64,000 nt of DNA, taken from Bacteroidales bacterium. GTDB taxonomy: Bacteria; Bacteroidota; Bacteroidia; Bacteroidales; FEN-979. Under the pieces are notes generated by a model. That model was not told where the DNA came from, did no database searches, and was given only the letters and a program-made list of their open reading frames with translations. Position numbers and translations under genes: made by a program. Of the stretch, positions 55,526-62,865 are shown in pieces (position 1 is the stretch's first letter; each line of letters begins with the position of its first letter). Location of the stretch: contig OY820914.1 in the NCBI GenBank assembly GCA_963682005.1, positions 4,878,005-4,942,004 on the forward strand, given 5' to 3'.

Positions 55526-56838
55526 CCTATCCTGAAGCCCTTCAATTCCTTTATTCCCAGCTTCCGATTTTCCAGCGCATCGGCGGTGCCGCTTACAAAG
55601 CCGATCTCAAGAATACAATAGCGTTATGTGATCTGATCGGTAATCCCCAGGATCACCTGAAAATGATCCATGTTGCCGGTACCAACGGAAAAGGCTCCAC
55701 TTCGCACATGATCGCATCCATATTGCAGGAACACGGCCTCAACGTAGGATTATACACCTCGCCGCACCTGAAGGATTTCAGGGAACGAATCCGGATTAAT
55801 GGCAAAAAGATCCGTAAAAAATTCGTGACTTCTTTTGTGGAAGAGCACAAGTCCGATTTTGAAACGATCCAGCCTTCATTCTTTGAGATGACTGTTGCCC
55901 TCGCATTTCTCTACTTTTTCAGGGAAAAGGTTGATGTCGCCGTGATCGAAGTCGGTCTTGGAGGACGGCTGGATTCAACGAACATCATAACCCCCCTCCT
56001 TTCCGTGATCACAAACATCAGTTACGATCACATGCAGTTCCTCGGTGATTCGCTGGTGAAGATCGCCTGGGAAAAAGCGGGGATCATCAAACCCGGGATT
56101 CCCGTAGTGATCGGTGAAACGCAGGAAGAGATCCGGAAGGTCTTCCTGGACAAAGCCCATTCTGAAGGATCGGACATCCTATTTGCAGATTCTGTTTATT
56201 CCGGCAGGGAAATCAAGGTCACGGGCCATCGAAAAAAATCCGGCCCTGTTTTTAATAATTCCCTGACGCTGGATATTTTCAGGAACCATGAACCTTTCAT
56301 TAGAAAACTAAAGTCTCCTTTGGCGGGTGAGTACCAGAAGAAGAATATACTGACAACGATCGCATCCGTGAAAACCCTTGCAAAATGTGGTCTTGATATT
56401 CCGGATGAAACCATTCAGAAAGGTATCCGTAATGTAACAAGGAACACGCACCTGCAAGGACGCTGGCAGATAATTTCCCGCGCTCCGCTGACGATCTGCG
56501 ATACCGGCCACAATGAAGCAGGTCTGAAAGAGGTCCTTCACCAGTTACGAACAATCCCGTTTGAACATCTTCATTTCGTTTTCGGAGCTGTGAATGATAA
56601 GGAAATTGATAAGATCCTCAGAATGCTCCCTCCTGACGCAACCTATTATTTTTGCAAGGCTGATATCCCCCGCGGACTTGACCAGGAACTCCTTAAACAG
56701 CAGGCCGCCAGAATCGGGTTAATGGGAAATTCATATCCTTCAGTAAGGGATGCACTGAAGGCAGCACAGAGGATCTCAGGGAAGAATGATCTTGTATTCG
56801 TAGGGGGAAGTACCTTCGTGGTGGCAGAGGTTGTATGA
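55522..56838 (+). CDS. folC: bifunctional folylpolyglutamate synthase/dihydrofolate synthase
   Basis: HVAGTNGKGST in the Mur-ligase fold; 438 aa. Confidence 0.9.
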   Translation: MTYPEALQFLYSQLPIFQRIGGAAYKADLKNTIALCDLIGNPQDHLKMIHVAGTNGKGSTSHMIASILQEHGLNVGLYTSPHLKDFRERIRINGKKIRKKFVTSFVEEHKSDFETIQPSFFEMTVALAFLYFFREKVDVAVIEVGLGGRLDSTNIITPLLSVITNISYDHMQFLGDSLVKIAWEKAGIIKPGIPVVIGETQEEIRKVFLDKAHSEGSDILFADSVYSGREIKVTGHRKKSGPVFNNSLTLDIFRNHEPFIRKLKSPLAGEYQKKNILTTIASVKTLAKCGLDIPDETIQKGIRNVTRNTHLQGRWQIISRAPLTICDTGHNEAGLKEVLHQLRTIPFEHLHFVFGAVNDKEIDKILRMLPPDATYYFCKADIPRGLDQELLKQQAARIGLMGNSYPSVRDALKAAQRISGKNDLVFVGGSTFVVAEVV

Positions 56839-56840
56839 TC

Positions 56841-57050
56841 TCATCCTCCACTGATCAGGTGGAGCACATTTACATCGTCGCCATCTGCGATGGTTGCGGT
56901 TTCGTAATCTGATTTCTTCACAAGCGTGCCATTAATTTTCACGATCAGCATCTTGAATGTAAAATTCTTCACTTTCAACAGCTCACTGATCGTCATGCTC
57001 TCGCTTTCAAAATGCTCATTATTGTTATTTAAAAGGATCTTCATTCCCAT
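56841..57050 (-). CDS. thiS: sulfur-carrier protein, ThiS/MoaD-like (C-terminal GG)
   Basis: 69 aa, with IVKINGTLVKKSDYETATIADGDDVNVLHLISGG. Confidence 0.8.
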   Translation of the reverse strand: MGMKILLNNNNEHFESESMTISELLKVKNFTFKMLIVKINGTLVKKSDYETATIADGDDVNVLHLISGG

Positions 57051-57085
57051 TTTGACTTTTGACTGTTAACCTTTGACTTTTGACT
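57051..57085. repeat. heptamer array tttgact x2 - gttaacc - tttgact x2 filling the thiF-thiS intergenic gap
   Basis: It starts at the nucleotide next to the thiS ATG (57048-57050) and ends 5 nt from the thiF stop (57091-57093). Confidence 0.85.
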
Positions 57086-57090
57086 TCCTC

Positions 57091-57681
57091 TTATCTTCTA
57101 TAATCCTCCAACAGAATCTCAGTCACCACATTCGCCTGCATATTCGCAACAATCCCAACCCTCGGTGCAATAGGCGGCAGATCTGGTCCGATTTCCGAAA
57201 TTTCGTCCCCGCAAATGTACATATTATCGATCTTGCGCACATGGATCTTATCATTCATACCCCAACCGGCCATCCCAAGACCGGCAACCAGAGGTTTACC
57301 AGGAAAATGAGTGAGCAAAGTCTCAATAAGCATTTCCTTCTGGTCTGCAAGGTCAAATGCTTCCACGATCACATCACAATCAGCGAAGATCCCTGGAATG
57401 TTGTCCCTGTCAAGCATTACCTGGTATGTTTCTACCGTTACTTCAGGATTTATCTTCAGGATGTTTTCCTTTAAAGCCAGGGTTTTTGGCCGGCCGATCT
57501 GATCGTAGAAAAAGTACTGACGGTTCAGATTGCTTTCGCTCACCACATCAAAATCAGCGATCACAATTGTACCGACCCCAATTCTTGCCAAGGTCACAGC
57601 ACAGTTGGATCCAAGACCCCCTGCACCCGCAATTCCAACTTTCTTCGTTTGCAAGACTGCTTTTATCTCTTCAAATGTCAT
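57091..57681 (-). CDS. thiF: ThiF-family (short form) sulfur-carrier adenylyltransferase
   Basis: 196 aa, with the VGIAGAGGLGSN nucleotide loop. It is directly upstream of the thiS-like gene. Confidence 0.8.
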   Translation of the reverse strand: MTFEEIKAVLQTKKVGIAGAGGLGSNCAVTLARIGVGTIVIADFDVVSESNLNRQYFFYDQIGRPKTLALKENILKINPEVTVETYQVMLDRDNIPGIFADCDVIVEAFDLADQKEMLIETLLTHFPGKPLVAGLGMAGWGMNDKIHVRKIDNMYICGDEISEIGPDLPPIAPRVGIVANMQANVVTEILLEDYRR

Positions 57682-57742
57682 TTGCAGTTGGCTATTTGTT
57701 GACAGCTCTTGATTGAAAATTTTTATAGAACCTGTAACTCAA

Positions 57743-57782
57743 TGATTCGTTGACTTGATGACTTGATGACCCGATGACTTTT
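57743..57782. repeat. octamer array tgacttga x5 (two degenerate) in the thiF / carboxyltransferase divergent region
   Basis: tgattcgt tgacttga tgacttga tgacccga tgactttt. Confidence 0.8.
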
Positions 57783-57877
57783 TACAAAAGTAACAAAATC
57801 ATTTCTATTAAAATCATTAACTTTGCTTCTGATTCCGAACGATTAAAACGGCTTACCTTTTATTTTTACATCTACAT

Positions 57878-59611
57878 ATGTCCAGAAAAAAAATACTGAT
57901 CAGGGATCTGACACTCAGGGACGGACAGCAATCTTTATTTGCGACCCGAATGACCCAGGACCAAGTTGACCGCGTACTCCCCTTTTACAAGGATGCAAAT
58001 TTTTATGCCATGGAAGTCTGGGGAGGGGCTGTTCCTGATTCCATAATGCGTTACCTTGGAGAGAACCCCTGGTCAAGACTGGAGAAGATCAAAAAGTCGG
58101 TAGGTGACGTTTCATTGCTGACGGCGCTTTCCAGAGGCCGTAACCTATTCGGGTACAATCCCTATCCTGAGGATGTGATAGAAGGATTCAACCGGAATGC
58201 GATCAAATCGGGTATCGGGATCATGCGGATCTTCGACGCCCTGAATGATGTGGATAATATGAAATCCACGATCAAATTCGTTACGGAAAATGGAGGGATC
58301 GCTGATTGCGCCATAAGTTATACGGTCGATCCCAAATTTTCGACCAAGCAGAAATTCCGCTCCTGGATCCACCTGAAGTCACTTCCTCACAACATATTTA
58401 CGATCGAGTATTTTGTCGGAAAGGCGAAGGAAATGGAAACACTTGGCGCCAATATGATCAGTATTAAGGATATGGCCGGGCTTATAACCCCGATCAAATC
58501 CGGGAAGCTTATCCGGAGCCTCAAGGAAGAAGTGAAAGTCCCTATTGATTTTCACACGCACTGTACGCCTGGATTTGGTCTTGCTTCTGCACTGATGGCA
58601 ATGATCAACGGTGTTGATATTGTCGATACTTCCATATTGAACTTTGCGGGAGGTCCGGCAGCACCGGCATTCGAGATCATCCAGATCTTCGCCAACAGGC
58701 TTGGTCTTGACACAGGTGTCAATCTTGAAGCCGTTTCAAAGATCAATAAAGAACTTAAAAGCATCCGTGATGAATTGAAAGAATTCGATACTGGTGATTC
58801 TCTTCCGATCGAATTTGATATCTCTGATTTTAAATTACCGAGGGAAGTTAACCGGCAATTCACAAAAGCCATTTACATGGCCACCCATGAAAAAGAGGAG
58901 GAACTGCTTGAGGCATGCCGTGAAATCGAACGGTATTTCAACCTCCCTGAACCGGATGAAACAGTCAAAAGAGCTGAGATCCCGGGAGGAATGTACACAA
59001 ATATGCTGGCCCAGCTTAAGCAGCTCAAGCTTGATCACCTTCTCCCCCGCGTTCTTGAGCTTGTACCCCTTGTGAGGATAAAATCAGGATGCCCGCCCCT
59101 TGTTACCCCGACCAGCCAGATCGTTGGAGTTCAGGCCGTGAATTGCGTGATTGATGAGAACAAGGATCAGCCTTTCTTTACAACAAAATCAATCCAATTT
59201 GTGAACCTGGTGAAAGGGATCTATGGTAAAACCCCCATCCCTGTTGATCCCGATTTCCGTGAACAATTGACCGGTGTCAGGGAAGAGACTCCTTATGACA
59301 CGAAAAATTATAAGAAACAGGAAAATACCGTTTTTGAAGATTACGGCGACATGAAGCTGGCATCCAATGAAAAAGACGAATTGCTTCTTGAACTCTTCCC
59401 CACTGTAGCCCGTGATTTCCTCACTAAATGCGTTGAAGAGAATTACCTTGAAAATATCTATAAGATCGAGGAGGAAAAGAAGAGAAAACAGGAAGAAGCC
59501 CGTGCCGCATACGACCGTCTTTCACCCGATGAAAAACGCAAACGATTGATGGAAGGTTTGTACAACTATCAGTACCTCTCATTCCCTGATGAAAACTTAG
59601 GACGATCATGA
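57878..59611 (+). CDS. carboxyltransferase subunit (oxaloacetate decarboxylase alpha / pyruvate carboxylase B-like) lacking a biotinyl domain
   Basis: IRDLTLRDGQQS (HMGL-like TIM barrel) and EIPGGMYTNMLAQLKQ (conserved carboxylase domain). There is no AMKM biotinylation motif; the C-terminus is a charged tail. Confidence 0.8.
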   Translation: MSRKKILIRDLTLRDGQQSLFATRMTQDQVDRVLPFYKDANFYAMEVWGGAVPDSIMRYLGENPWSRLEKIKKSVGDVSLLTALSRGRNLFGYNPYPEDVIEGFNRNAIKSGIGIMRIFDALNDVDNMKSTIKFVTENGGIADCAISYTVDPKFSTKQKFRSWIHLKSLPHNIFTIEYFVGKAKEMETLGANMISIKDMAGLITPIKSGKLIRSLKEEVKVPIDFHTHCTPGFGLASALMAMINGVDIVDTSILNFAGGPAAPAFEIIQIFANRLGLDTGVNLEAVSKINKELKSIRDELKEFDTGDSLPIEFDISDFKLPREVNRQFTKAIYMATHEKEEELLEACREIERYFNLPEPDETVKRAEIPGGMYTNMLAQLKQLKLDHLLPRVLELVPLVRIKSGCPPLVTPTSQIVGVQAVNCVIDENKDQPFFTTKSIQFVNLVKGIYGKTPIPVDPDFREQLTGVREETPYDTKNYKKQENTVFEDYGDMKLASNEKDELLLELFPTVARDFLTKCVEENYLENIYKIEEEKKRKQEEARAAYDRLSPDEKRKRLMEGLYNYQYLSFPDENLGRS

Positions 59612-59725
59612 GGTATGACGGTCCGTTATGCATGAATTAACATATCGAACTTTTTGAAAATCCATCTTTTAGGTATAAATTATTTCGGTAATTTTGCTGT
59701 GAAATAAATCACAAAATCAATCATT

Positions 59726-61888
59726 ATGAACTTCGAAGAATTCAGGCAAAAGCACAAGCTCATTACTTCTTACAAATACAACTGGGCACCCATTGACAAA
59801 GGTTATAATAACCGGACCCTGTATGTAAATATTTCCGATAATGTGATCCGGGAAAAACCTGTTCCCCAGGTGATGAAAGAGAAATTCATCGGTGGAAAAG
59901 GATTTGATCTCCGGCTCTTATGGGATGCAACCAAACCCGATACAAAATGGGATGATCCCGAAAATGAGATCGTCATTTCTGGCGGCCCCTGCTGCGGGAT
60001 CACACAGTATTCCGGCGCCGGAAAAGCCATTTGCTGCGCCATCAGCCCTCAAACTGATATTGTTGTAGATTCGAATGTGGGCGGTTTCTTCGGACCATTC
60101 CTCAAGTTCTGCGGGTTTGATGCTATCGAGATACAAGGCAAATCCGATCAGGAAATTCTGATCCTCCTCGATGAGGAACGTGAAATGGTCGAGATCTATG
60201 AAGCGGATGATCTTCCGTCCGACAGCCATGTCCTTGGCGAAATCCTTCATGAAACATTTGCAAAAGAAGGCAATGAGAAAGATAAAATAAATGTAGCCGT
60301 TGTTGCGGCCGGAACTGCCGCAGAGCATTCCCTGATCGGAATGCTGAATTTTACGTTCTATGATTCCAAGCGAAAGCTGGTGCGTCTGAAACAGGCAGGA
60401 CGCGGCGGGATCGGTACTGTTCTCCGAGATAAAAAAGTGAAGGCCATGGTCGCCAAAGTAAAAAATATTGGAGGAAACAGGAATAACGTAGTGAACCTCG
60501 AAGCGATCCAGGAACGCGGGCGGCGGTTCAACAAGGAAATGCGCGAGCTTGACGACAAGCAATGCGAAATGCGGTCGAAAGGCACGGCCCATCTCACCCT
60601 CATCATGAATGACTATGACCTTCTTCCGGTCAATAACTTTAAATTCGGTAGTCATCCCGATGCGTTCAAGATCCGGGGTGATGTATGGAAATCCTTTTTC
60701 ACCCAGAATGTTCCCGACGGTTGCTGGATCGGCTGCAACATGTCGTGCGCAAAAGGGGTCGACAATTATAAACTACGCACCGGCCCCTATGCCGGGGATT
60801 CAGTGATCGTTGATGGTCCGGAATATGAAACCACTTCTTCCCTTGGCTCAATCGCCGGCATTTTCAACCCGGATTTTACCATTGAAGCAAACTTCTACTG
60901 CGACACTTACGGAATCTGCACGATCAGCTGGGGCACGATCCTCGGGTTTGTTATGGAATGTTATGAGAATGGCATTATCAATGAAGAACGGACCGGCGGC
61001 CTTAAACTTAATTTCGGTAATGCGGATGCTGCCATGGACCTGCTTCACCAGGTTTCACGCGGTGAGGGCTTTGGTCTTATCGCCGGACAGGGTGTTCGTA
61101 AAATGAAAGGGATCTTTGCAAAGAATGGCTGGGGCGATCCCGGGTTCATGCAGGACATTGGCATGGAAAACAAAGGACTTGAATATTCACAATATGTATC
61201 CAAGGAATCGCTGGCACAGCAGGGTGGTTATGCAATGACCAACAAAGGTCCGCAGCATGATGAAGCATGGCTGATCTTCATGGATATGGTCAACAACCAG
61301 ATCCCGACTTTTGAGAAAAAAGCGGAAGCTTTGCATTATTTCCCGATGTTCCGTACCTGGTTCGGCCTTGCCGGATTCTGCAAATTGCCATGGAATGACG
61401 TGGAGCCTGAAAATAATTCTCAAAGCGAAGAACCTGCAAAAGTTCCTGAACATGTTGATAATTATGTAACGATCTTCAATTCCGTGACCGGTTTGAATAT
61501 TGATAAGAAAGAACTCGTCAGGCAATCGGAAAGAGTGTACAATTTCCAACGCATCTTCAACCTGCGTCGCGGATACGGTATGCGCAAGCATGATGCCCAG
61601 CCGTATCGTGCATGCGGCCCGGTTACAGCGGAAGAATATGAATCACGCGCTGAACGATACGACAAACAGCTGATCGATAAAATAGGCTTCGATCCGTCCG
61701 GTAAATCTACAGTGGAAAAGATGGGTGTTCTCAGAAAATTCAGGGAAGATCAGTACGAAAAGCTTCTGGATGCTGTATATGAACGCCGCGGCTGGACGAA
61801 GAATGGTGTTCCGAAGATCGAGCACCTGAAAAACATAGGGATGGATCTTCCGGAACTTATTGAAACCGTCAGGCCCTACCAGGATTAA
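59726..61888 (+). CDS. aldehyde:ferredoxin oxidoreductase-family (tungsto/molybdopterin) enzyme
   Basis: 720 aa. The AFOR_N-like N-terminus has NRTLYVNISD...GGKGFDLRLLW, and the C-terminal domain has PEYETTSSLGS and YCDTYGIC. Confidence 0.85.
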   Translation: MNFEEFRQKHKLITSYKYNWAPIDKGYNNRTLYVNISDNVIREKPVPQVMKEKFIGGKGFDLRLLWDATKPDTKWDDPENEIVISGGPCCGITQYSGAGKAICCAISPQTDIVVDSNVGGFFGPFLKFCGFDAIEIQGKSDQEILILLDEEREMVEIYEADDLPSDSHVLGEILHETFAKEGNEKDKINVAVVAAGTAAEHSLIGMLNFTFYDSKRKLVRLKQAGRGGIGTVLRDKKVKAMVAKVKNIGGNRNNVVNLEAIQERGRRFNKEMRELDDKQCEMRSKGTAHLTLIMNDYDLLPVNNFKFGSHPDAFKIRGDVWKSFFTQNVPDGCWIGCNMSCAKGVDNYKLRTGPYAGDSVIVDGPEYETTSSLGSIAGIFNPDFTIEANFYCDTYGICTISWGTILGFVMECYENGIINEERTGGLKLNFGNADAAMDLLHQVSRGEGFGLIAGQGVRKMKGIFAKNGWGDPGFMQDIGMENKGLEYSQYVSKESLAQQGGYAMTNKGPQHDEAWLIFMDMVNNQIPTFEKKAEALHYFPMFRTWFGLAGFCKLPWNDVEPENNSQSEEPAKVPEHVDNYVTIFNSVTGLNIDKKELVRQSERVYNFQRIFNLRRGYGMRKHDAQPYRACGPVTAEEYESRAERYDKQLIDKIGFDPSGKSTVEKMGVLRKFREDQYEKLLDAVYERRGWTKNGVPKIEHLKNIGMDLPELIETVRPYQD

Positions 61889-61915
61889 AGGCTTCAGGCT
61901 TTCAACATGCCGTCA

Positions 61916-61933
61916 TTCCCGCGAAAGCGGGAA
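61916..61933. repeat. REP-like GNRA hairpin ttcccgc-gaaa-gcgggaa downstream of AOR
   Basis: 7-bp GC-rich stem with a gaaa tetraloop, within cgtcattcccgcgaaagcgggaacagg. Confidence 0.6.
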
Positions 61934-61975
61934 CAGGATTCAGACTGCGGGCCATACGGCTCATCCAGTTAAGTT

Positions 61976-62037
61976 GTGAATGGAGAAAAGGTATAGTCGA
62001 CAATCTCTTTATCTATCCTCCATTCTCAATTCTCCAT
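61976..62037. repeat. inverted short repeats (gaatggaga / ctccattc, ttctcca duplicated) downstream of AOR
   Basis: gtgaatggagaaaagg ... cctccattctcaattctccat. An 8-9 bp stem is possible with a ~27-nt loop. Confidence 0.55.
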
Positions 62038-62083
62038 CTTCGGATTCTTAAATAAATTTAACAAGGTAAAGCCGAAATCTGGT

Positions 62084-62383
62084 ATGCACTATCTCCTTTT
62101 TTACGAAGTCGGTTCCGATTATGTGGAACGGCGGGCTGAGTACCGGTCCGAACACCTCAGGCTGGCCTGGGAATCTCACGACAGGGGGGAGATGATCCTC
62201 GGCGGTGCCCTGGCTGACCCGGTTGACGGGGCCATCCTGTTTTTCAACGGTGAAACACCTGAAATTGCGGAGCAGTTTGCCCGGAACGATCCTTATGTGA
62301 AAAATGGGCTGGTTAAAAGATGGTATGTGAGAGCCTGGACAACAGTCATCGGGAAAGATGCGACTTCACAGGTGAAACCTTAA
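62084..62383 (+). CDS. YciI-family protein
   Basis: 99 aa, with MHYLLFYE...EHLRLAWESHDRGEMILGGAL...DPYVKNGLV. Confidence 0.75.
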   Translation: MHYLLFYEVGSDYVERRAEYRSEHLRLAWESHDRGEMILGGALADPVDGAILFFNGETPEIAEQFARNDPYVKNGLVKRWYVRAWTTVIGKDATSQVKP

Positions 62384-62499
62384 TGAACTAGTTTTACACA
62401 TCCATTTCAGAAATTTTTCAACAACCATCCTTTTGTACCTTTTTTATATATACATTGGCAGTCAATTCTTTGCTTAAAATTTAATCAAATCGTTCATAT

Positions 62500-62850
62500 A
62501 TGAAACCTGTTGTTACCGATACAAACCTGATCGCATATTGCGGCCTATATTGCGGAGCCTGTAAATCCTATTTAAAAGAAAAATGCCCGGGTTGCCAAGG
62601 CAACGAGAAAGCATCCTGGTGCCAGGTGAGAAAATGCAACATTGAACATGCGTATGGCAGTTGCGCCGATTGCAAAGAATTCGCGGATATCATGGAATGC
62701 CCGCGATTCAACAATTTCTTCTCGAAATTTTTTGCACTTCTCTTCCGTTCTGACCGGAAAGCCTGTATCATGAAAATCCGGGAATCCGGGTATGAGGGAT
62801 TTGCTGCATTCATGGCGGAAAATAATCTTCAATCGATCAAACGGAAATAA
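62500..62850 (+). CDS. DUF3795-domain Cys-rich protein
   Basis: IAYCGLYCGACKSYLKEKCPGCQG...C..RKC. Confidence 0.7.
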   Translation: MKPVVTDTNLIAYCGLYCGACKSYLKEKCPGCQGNEKASWCQVRKCNIEHAYGSCADCKEFADIMECPRFNNFFSKFFALLFRSDRKACIMKIRESGYEGFAAFMAENNLQSIKRK

Positions 62851-62865
62851 GGAAGGGTTCTACTT

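Noticed and set aside
59918-60655. 245-aa minus-strand ORF inside the AOR gene
   Set aside because: It is antisense to a strongly supported CDS and has no motifs. It is a typical shadow ORF.
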